A stretch of DNA of 64,000 bases from an uncultured Planctomycetaceae bacterium. Its GTDB lineage: Bacteria; Planctomycetota; UBA1135; GCA-002686595. Below, piece after piece: positions 1-9,000 of the stretch (within the stretch, counting starts at the first letter, position 1; each line of letters starts with the position of its first letter). The DNA is taken from positions 37,461-101,460 of the forward strand of contig CAYMYN010000005.1 in assembly GCA_964394665.1 (NCBI GenBank), read 5' to 3'. Both the position numbers and the translations under genes were made by a program. Below the pieces are notes generated by a model. It was not told where the DNA came from. It ran no database searches and worked only from the letters and a program-made list of their open reading frames with translations.

Positions 1-1301
1 GGACTGGCGGAGGATGGGAACACCCAGTGGATCGTCGGGCCGGCGGCCATCAGCTCCGGGTCCGTCTGGAGATACGCTTCTCGCCCGCTGATGAATTGCT
101 CGAGCCCGGTGATCAACCCACCGGCCAAGCCGGGATAGGGCATGTCCACCCGGACCGTGAAGTTGTTCAGGAAGAGCTCGTGGGAGTAGAGCTTCTTCGG
201 ATCCGCTTGGACCGCCGCGTCGATCAGGTTGCGGTGGGCATCGAGGATCGGTCCGAAGTAGCTCCAGGTCGTGTCCCGCTGGAGCGTTCGGAAGTGGGCC
301 ATGTACCGCTGGCGCAGCTCGGGGTGCGAGAGGATGTGGTAGAGCAGCGGTTTGGTCGGATTCTCGAAGTTCCTGGTGATCGAGAACCAGGGTGTGATGA
401 GTCCCTCGTTGTTGTCCCTCTGCAGCAGGTGCAGGCGACCGTCGAGCGGGTCCGTGTAGGTGACGAAGTCGCAGCCTTTCTTGATGTAGCTGTCGTCGTC
501 GGTCAGCAAGTTCTCGAGCGCCACGGACCAGATCGAGGGATCGATCGCGAAGAGCGCGTCGATGGTGTCGAGCTGGGAGAGATCACCGTGCGTGACGGCG
601 TAGGAAGCAGCCAGCAGCGCCCCCAGCGGATCCGCCAGGCCACCGTCGCTCTCGATCTCGTAGTCCGTGTACAAGCTGGGATCGGTTCCCAGGTACCTCA
701 GGGCCGGTCCGTTGGCGTTCCCGGAGCACTTGACCCGCAGGCCGTCTGCATTGACGAAGTAGTCCCGCAGCATGCGCTTGTTGTGCTGCTGGACGTTGAC
801 GTAGACGCCCCAGTTCTCTCCGTTCAACGTGACCGTGACGTGGTTGGAACGAGCGTTCGGGATGAACCGGGCGACGAAGTTGTTGTGTATGACCTCGCGG
901 CAGAACGTGGGATCGCGGTAGCCGTTGTTCAGGTTGAGCGTCGAGTACCCGAGCAGGTCCTGGCTCGAATGGACGTGGTCGATGTAGATCTTGAGCGAGA
1001 ACTTGAGCGATCCCGGCGGCAGCGCCCAATAAGAGCTGTTGCCGCGGATGCGGACGCCGACGTCCGGGTAACTGACTCCATCGACCATCAGGTCGGCCAG
1101 GATCGGGGTCTCGACGTCGTAGTTGTCCTGCAGGCGCTGCAGCCAGTCGGCGTCGTGGAACGAGAGGTGGAGCGTGCGCAGCACCGAGGTGTCGTACAGG
1201 TCCTGAGCGCACAGCGGCGCGAGACCGGACCCCAACGCGAGGAGCAGCAAGGAGCGGAGTCCTGAGCGGACTCCACGGAAGGGATTCTCGTTCATGTCCA
1301 T
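1..1301 (-). CDS. Secreted CotH kinase-family protein (partial; the C-terminus runs off the window start)
   Basis: Manual minus-strand translation from ATG 1301-1299 gives MDMNENPFRGVRSGLRSLLLLALGSGLAPLCAQD (signal peptide), then ...GVSYPDVGVRIRGNSSYWAL...LNLNNGYRDPTFCREVIY...VTLNGENWGVYVNV, matching the CotH-family DP[ST]xxRE...NGExWGxY signature. The frame is open to position 1. The annotated plus ORF 27..1265 is the antisense frame. Confidence 0.65.
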   Translation of the reverse strand, partial: MDMNENPFRGVRSGLRSLLLLALGSGLAPLCAQDLYDTSVLRTLHLSFHDADWLQRLQDNYDVETPILADLMVDGVSYPDVGVRIRGNSSYWALPPGSLKFSLKIYIDHVHSSQDLLGYSTLNLNNGYRDPTFCREVIHNNFVARFIPNARSNHVTVTLNGENWGVYVNVQQHNKRMLRDYFVNADGLRVKCSGNANGPALRYLGTDPSLYTDYEIESDGGLADPLGALLAASYAVTHGDLSQLDTIDALFAIDPSIWSVALENLLTDDDSYIKKGCDFVTYTDPLDGRLHLLQRDNNEGLITPWFSITRNFENPTKPLLYHILSHPELRQRYMAHFRTLQRDTTWSYFGPILDAHRNLIDAAVQADPKKLYSHELFLNNFTVRVDMPYPGLAGGLITGLEQFISGREAYLQTDPELMAAGPTIHWVFPSSAS

Positions 1302-1582
1302 GCTCCGGGAGACACGGGTGGTGATCGTTGCGGGAACCGCGGGCCCGCGATGGCCCAGGCAGCAGCGGACCTCGCGCCTCCTGGCGATGCTACGCCAGCT
1401 CGCCCGAACTCGGTAGGTGGGCTCCCGGCGGAGAGGACCAGGGCTGCAAACCTGCCGAGGCGCTCCGTGTGTGGAGCGGGTGAACGTCGGCCACCGATGC
1501 CCCGCAGGCCGTGGCGCCCGAGCCCGGTGAAGGCGGGATGGCGAGGTGGCGCCGGCGGGGTGCATCCTGCGAAGATCCACGT

Positions 1583-2167
1583 ATGTCGAACGAGCTCCTT
1601 CCGCGCCTCGAGCGACTCGAGCGCACCGTCGCGCGCCAACGCGTGCTCATGCTCCTGCTCGGTGGTGTCGCACTCGTGGGCACGTTGGGAGCCGCCCTGG
1701 CCCCACAGCTCGGCGAGCGCCTCGTGCAAGCGCGCGAGTTCGCGCTCCTCGACCGCGCCGGTGCCCTGCGCGCACGCCTGGCCCTCACGCCGGGCGAGGA
1801 CCCCAACCCCTTCCTCGAACTGCTCGACGCCCAGGGCCGTTCCTTCGCGCGTCTGGGCGCCCATCCCTTGCTCGGTAGCGAGCCGGCGCTGATCCTGCAC
1901 CACGCCGGCGGTCCCGCCGCGCTCGAGTTGTTGGGCGGCGACAGCGGCCCCGAGCTCGCCCTGCGTGGCGTCGAGGGCCAAGCCAGCGTCTGGCTCTCCG
2001 CTGCCGACCCCGCGAGCCCCCGCATCAGCCTGCACGAAGAATCCGGCGAAGGCCGCGTCGTCCTGGGCGTGACCGAGGGCAGCGGATTCGTCAGCGTGTT
2101 TCGCGAGGTCGAGGACGGTCAGGACCTGCGCGTCGAGTCGAGCTTCCACGTCCCGCCTCGACGTTGA
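1583..2167 (+). CDS. Hypothetical membrane-anchored protein
   Basis: Internal ATG at 1583 gives MSNELLPRLERLERTVARQRVLMLLLGGVALVGTLGAALAP (short coiled N-terminus plus one TM), then a soluble domain. GC3-rich coding frame. The minus ORF 1292..2149 looks like an antisense artefact. Confidence 0.5.
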   Translation: MSNELLPRLERLERTVARQRVLMLLLGGVALVGTLGAALAPQLGERLVQAREFALLDRAGALRARLALTPGEDPNPFLELLDAQGRSFARLGAHPLLGSEPALILHHAGGPAALELLGGDSGPELALRGVEGQASVWLSAADPASPRISLHEESGEGRVVLGVTEGSGFVSVFREVEDGQDLRVESSFHVPPRR

Positions 2168-2565
2168 CCTTCGCGTGCAGGACGGTGGGGAGATCAGCCA
2201 CCGCAGCGGCGCCGGGAGTGGGCTCGGTTGCTGCGCCCATTGGGCGGCGTTCGCGGCGCCGAACTCGACTTCCTCGGCGCACCGCTGCTCCAGCTTCGCG
2301 ACGCAGCCACCTAGCCCGGGTCATTCATGAGCTTCTCGAGCAGACGAGCCCAAGTCGTTGTCTGGTGATGCTTTGCGGGCGCGGGAGCCAGAGGCGACTT
2401 GAACGGGTCGTCGAGGACTCCCGTGGCCGCACAGTGCCGCCAGGCGGCGAAAGGCGGCCGTAGGCCGCCGGTTGGGCCGTCTGGGCGGAAATCTCATGAA
2501 CCATCCTGGCGAGCCTTCGTGCAGGTGGCGGCAGTGGACACGACCCGCGCGAGCGGCCGGAGCCG

Positions 2566-3750
2566 TCAGGCGTGTTGGCCCAGGGGAAAACACTCGAGGT
2601 ACTTGGTGCCGGCTCCCGTGAGCAGGAGAACGATGCGCTGTGAAGGATCGAGGAAGCCCTCGGTGAGGAGGTGACGCGCCGCGGCCACCAAGGCACCGCC
2701 CTCGGGCGCAGTGAAGAGGCCTTCGGCGCGGGCCAGCTCGGCCGTTGCGTGGAGCAGCGTCGGGTCGTCGACCGCCACGGCCGTGCCGCCGCTGGCCCGG
2801 ATGGTGCGCAGCATCCAGCGGTCGCCGATGGGGGCGGGTACGCGCAGGCCCGAGGCACAGGTCGCGGGCTGGGTCGGTGGAGTCGCGCGTTCGGCTCCGG
2901 AGCGGAACGCGTCGACGATCGGCGCGCAACCCGCGGCCTGCACGGCCACCAGGCGCGGCGGTTGGACTCCCGGCGCGAGCCAGCCGAGGTCGCGCAGCTC
3001 GCCGAAGGCCTTCCACAGCCCGACGAGTCCGGTACCGCCGCCCGCGGGGTAGAGGATCACGTCGGGCAGCTCCCAGCCCAGCTCCTGGGCGAGCTCGAAG
3101 CCCATCGTCTTCTTGCCCTCGACCCGGTACGGCTCCTTGAGCGTCGAGAGGTCGAACCAACCCTCGCGGGCGGCGCGCTCGGCGATCCACCGCCCGCAGT
3201 CGGCGATGGTGCCCTCGACGAGCTCGACGCGCGCGCCGCAGACCTCCGCCTCGATGCGGTTGGCGAGCGGCACGTCGCGCGGCATGGCGAGCACGACCGG
3301 CAGGCCGGCCCGGGCTCCATAGGCAGCCAGGGCGCCGCCCGCGTTGCCGGCCGAGGGCGCGGCCAGGGCGCGGGACCCCAGGTGGCGGGCCATCGAGACG
3401 GCGACGGACATGCCCCGCGCCTTGAACGACCCGGTCGGGTTCTGCGCCTCGTCCTTGGCGTAGAGACGGGGCAGCCCGAGGCGCTCGCCGAGGCGCGGCA
3501 GATGCAGGAGGGGCGTGCCGCCCTCGCCCAGGGTGACCGCGTCCCGAGGATCGGGCAGGGGCAGGAGCTCGTGGTAGCGCCAGAGGGTGGCGGGTCGGCG
3601 CGCGAGCTCGTCGCGCGTGACGCGCTCGGCGACCAGGTGGAGGTCGTAGTGCGCCTCGAGCGGCGAGCCGCAGGCGCCGCAGAGCCGGGTCGGGACGCCG
3701 GCGTCGTGGCGCGCGCGGCACTCCGTGCACTGCAGGTGGGTCGGTCGCAC
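2566..3750 (-). CDS. thrC: Threonine synthase (PLP-dependent, with an N-terminal Cys4 zinc ribbon)
   Basis: CTEC...CGAC zinc-ribbon at the N-terminus. NPTGSFKARG contains the PLP-lysine motif. Fold-type II PLP enzyme architecture. 394 aa. Confidence 0.85.
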   Translation of the reverse strand: MRPTHLQCTECRARHDAGVPTRLCGACGSPLEAHYDLHLVAERVTRDELARRPATLWRYHELLPLPDPRDAVTLGEGGTPLLHLPRLGERLGLPRLYAKDEAQNPTGSFKARGMSVAVSMARHLGSRALAAPSAGNAGGALAAYGARAGLPVVLAMPRDVPLANRIEAEVCGARVELVEGTIADCGRWIAERAAREGWFDLSTLKEPYRVEGKKTMGFELAQELGWELPDVILYPAGGGTGLVGLWKAFGELRDLGWLAPGVQPPRLVAVQAAGCAPIVDAFRSGAERATPPTQPATCASGLRVPAPIGDRWMLRTIRASGGTAVAVDDPTLLHATAELARAEGLFTAPEGGALVAAARHLLTEGFLDPSQRIVLLLTGAGTKYLECFPLGQHA

Positions 3751-4049
3751 GCGGCAGAGGGTAGGGCGAGCGGGGCTCGTGTGCGTCGGGTGCGGGGGGC
3801 GCGGCGAGTCTTACCGTCCCCGAACGCAACCGCCCGGCGGGCCATAGGATCGAGCGGTCGGTCGGCGATCGGGTGGGGGAGGGTCCCGAGAGTTGCCGCC
3901 GGCCCGATCGGGGGCCGACCCGATCCGCGGCGAGCTCCGCCGCTCCCCGTCCGCGGCGACGTCACCCACCCGGCCGCAGCGCCGGTCCGTCCGCTCACCC
4001 CCACTCGGAATCCAGTTGGCGCCCAATCGGGGCCCCCAACCCAAGCCTT

Positions 4050-4065
4050 TCAATCAAACGATTGA
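4050..4065. promoter_or_regulatory. Candidate TetR operator: palindrome TCAATCaaacGATTGA (6-bp arms, 4-bp spacer) in an unusually AT-rich patch 34 bp upstream of the TetR start
   Basis: Inverted repeat read directly. It lies in the 348-bp divergent intergenic region between thrC and the TetR gene. Local low GC stands out against a ~72% GC background. Confidence 0.35.
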
Positions 4066-4098
4066 TTCTGGGTCGGTCGCCCCTACGCTTTCCGCCCC

Positions 4099-4836
4099 AT
4101 GTCGGCGGACCGCAACCAGCCCACCCGCGAGGCGCTCCTCGACGCGGCCGAAGAGCTCTTCGCCGCGCGGGGCTACGCGGACGTCGGGAACCGCGAGCTC
4201 GTCGCCCGCGCGGGCGCCAACGTCGCGGCCATCGCCTACCACTTCGGCTCGAAACGCGGCCTCTACCTCGAGACCGTGCGGCGCTCCTGCCTGCGCCCCG
4301 AAGCCCAGGTGGGCTGGGACCTGCTGCGGGCTCCCGCGCCCGATCCCCCCGCGGCGGCGGCGCGCCTGGTGGCGTTCCTGCGCCACTGGATGACCACCAT
4401 CCTGGCGGACAGCGAGCTGGCCTGCGGCGGGGTGCTCCTGCTGCGCGAGGCGATCCGCCCCAGCGAGGCCCTGCCCGAGTTGGTCGAGGGCTTCACCCGA
4501 CCGAACGAGGACCTGCTCGCCCAAGCCCTGGAGCCCCTGATGCCCGATGCCCCGCTCGAGGAGCTGCGTCTGTGCGCGCGCTGCCTCTTCGGGCAGGTCC
4601 TGATCCATCGCATCTACCGCCCATTCTTCGAGCGCCACTCCGCGCCCAACCGCTACGCCGCGGACGAGCTGGTCCACATCGCGGACCACCTCGCGCGCTT
4701 CAGCCTTCGCGGCCTGGCTTGCTCCGAGGAACTCGTCGAGCACGCGCTCACCCACGCGCACCTGCGCCTTCCCACCGAGACCATCGCCCCGACCGCGGGC
4801 GAGGGGCCCGCGTCCACCACCAGCCTCGAGGCGTAG
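4099..4836 (+). CDS. TetR/AcrR-family transcriptional regulator
   Basis: N-terminal TetR HTH (TREALLDAAEELFAARGYADVGNRELVARAGANVAAIAYHFGSKRGLY). Sits immediately upstream of an RND efflux operon. Confidence 0.85.
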   Translation: MSADRNQPTREALLDAAEELFAARGYADVGNRELVARAGANVAAIAYHFGSKRGLYLETVRRSCLRPEAQVGWDLLRAPAPDPPAAAARLVAFLRHWMTTILADSELACGGVLLLREAIRPSEALPELVEGFTRPNEDLLAQALEPLMPDAPLEELRLCARCLFGQVLIHRIYRPFFERHSAPNRYAADELVHIADHLARFSLRGLACSEELVEHALTHAHLRLPTETIAPTAGEGPASTTSLEA

Positions 4837-4884
4837 CCCCCCGAGGTTCCCGTCCTGCTCGCCGACCCGAACCCGAGAGCTCCC

Positions 4885-6021
4885 ATGCCGTCCATCCTCC
4901 GTCCGCTGCAGGCCGCCCTGCTGTCCTTCGCCGCCATCGCGGGCGCGCCGGCGCTCGCCGCCCAGGCCCCGCCGAGCCCCGTGCGGGTGCTCCCGGTCGA
5001 GCAAGGGGAAGTGGCCGACCTGCGGCCGGTGAGCGGCAGCGTGCGCGCCGCGCAGCGCGCGTTGGTCGCGGCCGAGGAGTCGGGCCTGGTGCTCGAGCTC
5101 CGTGCGCGCGAAGGCCAGCGCATCACCAAGGGCGAAGTGCTCGCGCGTCTGGATTCGACGCGCCTCGAGCTCGAGCTGTCCCGCGCGCGGGCCGAGGAGC
5201 GGCTGGCGGCGGCGACGTCCGTCGAGCGCGAGGTGGCCCTCGAACGCGCGCGGCGCGACCTCGCGATCCTCGAGGATCTCGCGCGCCGGGATGCCGGCAA
5301 TGCGCGCGAGTTGGCGGACGCGGCCTCCGACGTGCGCGCGGCCGAGGCACGTCTGGCCCAGGCCGCGGCCGAGCGTGAAGTGGTCGCCGCGCGGCGCGAG
5401 CTGCTCGAGCAGCGCATCGCCGACATGACGCCGCGCGCGCCCTTCGACGGCGTCGTGACGGCGCGCCACACCGAGGCGGGGCAGTGGATCGACGCGGGGG
5501 GCGCGCTCCTCGACCTCGTCTCGAGCGAGCCCGGCGAGATCTGGCTCGACGTTCCCCAGCGCCACTTCGTCGCCCTGCGCGAGTTCAGCGGCTCGCTGCG
5601 CGTGACCGACGACGCGACCGGCACGGCCGTCGAGGTCGGGGCCTGGCGCCTCGTGCCTGACGTCGATCCCCGGGTGCGCACCTTCCGCTTGATCGGGTCG
5701 TTGCCCGCGGCGAGCGCGATCGTCCCGGGCATGTCGGTGCGCGCCGACGTCCCGAGCGGCGAACGCGCGAACCACCTGCTCCTCTCGCCCGACGCGATCC
5801 TGCGCTCGGAAACCGGCCCCTACGTCTACGTCGCCGCCCCCTCGCCCCAGGGTCAGGGCCAGGTGGCGATGATGACGCCGATCGAGGTGCTCTTTTACAG
5901 CGAGGGCCGGGCCGTGGTGCGCTCGCCGCGCCTGGCACCCGGGACCATGGTGGTCGTCGAGGGCAACGAACGCCTCTACCCGATGGCACCCATCGCGCCG
6001 CAGGAGGCGCGAGCGCAATGA
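4885..6021 (+). CDS. RND efflux periplasmic adaptor (membrane fusion protein, HlyD/AcrA family)
   Basis: Signal/TM N-terminus, coiled-coil hairpin region, beta-barrel/lipoyl-like C-terminus (APFDGVVTARHTEAGQWIDAGGALLDL). The stop overlaps the RND start as ATGA at 6018-6021. Confidence 0.85.
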   Translation: MPSILRPLQAALLSFAAIAGAPALAAQAPPSPVRVLPVEQGEVADLRPVSGSVRAAQRALVAAEESGLVLELRAREGQRITKGEVLARLDSTRLELELSRARAEERLAAATSVEREVALERARRDLAILEDLARRDAGNARELADAASDVRAAEARLAQAAAEREVVAARRELLEQRIADMTPRAPFDGVVTARHTEAGQWIDAGGALLDLVSSEPGEIWLDVPQRHFVALREFSGSLRVTDDATGTAVEVGAWRLVPDVDPRVRTFRLIGSLPAASAIVPGMSVRADVPSGERANHLLLSPDAILRSETGPYVYVAAPSPQGQGQVAMMTPIEVLFYSEGRAVVRSPRLAPGTMVVVEGNERLYPMAPIAPQEARAQ

Positions 6022-9000
6022 ACCTCGTCCAACTCGCCGTCCGTCAGCCGGTCACCATCGCGGTCGGGGTCATCCTGATCCTGCTCGCGGGCGTGGTCTC
6101 GCTGCGGCGCATACCGATCCAGCTCACGCCCAACGTCGAGGACACGATCATCGCCGTCACGACGCGTTGGGAAGGCGCCAGCCCCCTGGAGATCGAGCGC
6201 GAAGTCGTCGACCGCCAGGAAGAACGCCTGCAGAGCATCACCAACCTCAAGAGCATCACGTCGGAGAGCCAGCAGGACCTGGGCACGATCCGCCTCGAGT
6301 TCAACGTCGGGACGACCAAGGAGCAGGCGCTGCGCGAGGTCAGCGACAAGCTGCGCGAGGTGCCGCGTTACCCGGAGAACGTGGACGAGCCCGTCATCCA
6401 GGCTTCGGACCCCGAGAACCGGGACTACATCGCTTGGATCGTGCTGCGCAGCGACGACCCGGACTTCGACGTGCGCAGCCTGCAGGACTTCGTCGAGGAT
6501 CGCGTCAAGCCGATCTTCGAGCGAGTGTCCGGCGTCTCGGAGATCAACGTCCTGGGCGGCAACCCGCGCGAAGTCCAGGTGCGCTTCGACCCTGCGCTGC
6601 TCGCCAGCAAGGGCATCACGCCCTCACGCTTCGCGCAGGCGATCCAGGCCCAGAACCGCGACGTATCCGGCGGGCGCCTCGCGGAGTCGAAGGCCGACGT
6701 TCGCGTGCGCCTGGTCGGGCAGTTCTCGAGTGTGGCGGACGTCGAGAACGCGGTGGTCGCCCACTCCGAGGGCGGCCCGATCTACGTCCGCGACCTGGCC
6801 GAGGTCGTGGAGACCTACAAGGAGCCGACGGGGTTCGTGCGTTCGCGCGGCCAGGCGGTGCTGGCCATCAACGCCCAACGGGAAGTAGGGGCCAACGTGA
6901 TGGCGGTCATGGCCGGCATCCGCTCCGCGATCGCGGACCTCAACTCCCCCGGTGGCGTGCTCGACACGCAGGCACGCCGCCTGGGCCTCGAGGGCGCCTT
7001 GCGCCTGGAGCAGGTCTACGACCAGACGATCTACATCGACGACGCCCTGGCCCTGGTGCAGAACAACATCTGGATCGGCGGGGGCCTGGCGATCCTGATC
7101 CTGCTGCTGTTCCTGCGCTCCCTGCGCACGGCCGGCATCATCGCCCTGGCGATTCCGATCTCGGTCGTCGGCGCGGTCGTCGCCATGGTCGGGCTCGGGC
7201 GCTCGATCAACGTCATCAGCCTGGCGGGCATGGCCTTCGCCGTCGGCATGGTGGTCGACAACGCGATCGTGGTGCTCGAGAACGTGTACCGGCACCTCGA
7301 GCTGGGCAAGAACTCCGTGCGCGCCGCCATCGACGGCGGACGTGAGGTGTTCGGCGCCGTGCTCGCCTCCACTCTGACCACGGTGGTCGTGTTCGTCCCG
7401 ATCCTGCTCGTCGAGGAAGAGGCGGGCCAGCTCTTCCGCGACATCTCGCTGGCGATCGTGGCCGCCGTGGCGCTCTCCCTGCTGGTTTCGGTCACGGTCA
7501 TCCCGACGTTGGCCGCGCGCCTGCTCAAGAACAAGGACAAGGCCCTGGCCAAGCCCCGTCGCCGCGGCCCGTTCGCGCGCCTGCCCGAGGCGGTCGCGAA
7601 CCTCATCTACTGGCTCAACGGGAGCTGGGTCCTGCGTACCGTTGTCGTGGTGATCCTGGCCGGCGCTTCGATCTTCGGCACGCTCAAGCTCCTGCCACCC
7701 GCGGACTACCTGCCCCAGGGAAACCGCAACCTGATCTTCGGCCTCCTCATCCCGCCGCCGAGCTACAGCCTCGATCAGCGCAACGTGCTCGCCGAACGCA
7801 TCGAGTCCACGGTGCGTCCCTACTGGGAGGCCGCGCTCACTGAGCCGGGAAGCCCGGAACGGGCCTCCCTGCCCGAGATCGACGTCCACACGCCCGACGG
7901 CCAGCTCCAGCGCACCACGGTGCCGCCGGCGATCATCAACTACTTCCTGGTCAGCTTGACAGGTTTCATGTTCCACGGCGGCATCGCCGAGGAACCCGAG
8001 CGCGTCGCCGACCTGATGCCGCTCTTCGCGCAGGCGACGCGCTCGGACGTCGCCCCGGGAGTCTTCTCCTTCGCCTTCCAGGTGCCGCTCTTCCGCCTCG
8101 GCGGCCGCACCGGTTCGGCGATCAAGATCAACTTCGTCGGCGAGAACCTCGACGAGGTAAGCAGCTCGGCCCTGGCCGTCTTCATGCGCATGATGGGCCT
8201 GTACGGCCCGGGCACGGTGCAGCCCGATCCCAGCAACTTCAACGTGCCCACGCCCGAGGTGCAGCTCGTGCCCGATCGGTTGCGGATGGCCGAGGCGGGG
8301 CTCGACTACGAGGACGTCGCCATCGCCAGCCGGGCCATGGGCGACGGTGCGATCATCGGGGAGTACCGCCTCGAGGGCGAGGCCATCGACCTCAAGATCA
8401 TCTCCAAGGACGCCCTGCTACCCGGCGCCCTGGCGAGCATCGGAGAGAACCCGATCGCCACGCCATCGGGCCAGGTGATCCCGCTGGGCTCCGTGGCGCC
8501 GCCCACGCGGGTCAACGCCGCGCAGCAGATCAACCGCGTCGGCCGCCAGCGCGCGGTGTCGCTGCAGTTCACGCCGCCCGAGGGCATGCCGCTCGAGCGC
8601 GCGGTGTCCGAAGTCTCGAACCTGCTGGAGGAGATGCGCGCCGCCGGCGCGATACCTCAGGACGTCGACACGACGTTCACAGGCTCCGCCAGCAAGCTCG
8701 CCGCGGTGCAGAACGCCCTGCTCGGCGACAAGACCTTGATCGGAACGCTCGGCAGCTCGCTCTTCCTCGCGCTCACGGTCGTGTACCTGATGATGTGCGT
8801 GCTCTTCCAGAGCTTCCTGCGCCCCTTGGTGATCATGGTCAGCGTGCCGCTCGCGACGTTGGGCGGTTTCGCGGCGCTCTCCGCCGTGCACGCTTGGAGC
8901 GTCGCCGATCCCTACATGCCGATCCAGAAGCTCGACGTCCTGACGATGCTCGGGTTCGTGATCCTGATCGGCGTGGTCGTGAACAACGCGATCCTGATCG

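Noticed and set aside
27-1265. 412-aa plus-strand ORF at the window start
   Set aside because: Composition is Arg/Val/Asp-rich with no hydrophobic pattern, typical of an antisense frame. The opposite strand encodes a CotH-like protein with a clear signal peptide and family motifs.
2321-3829. 502-aa minus ORF overlapping thrC, plus other long Arg/Pro/Ala-rich ORFs at 2671-4065+, 3057-4004- and 3873-5378+
   Set aside because: Alternative frames of genuine genes (thrC, TetR, MFP). Low-complexity R/P/A/G translation is typical of off-frame reading in ~72% GC DNA.
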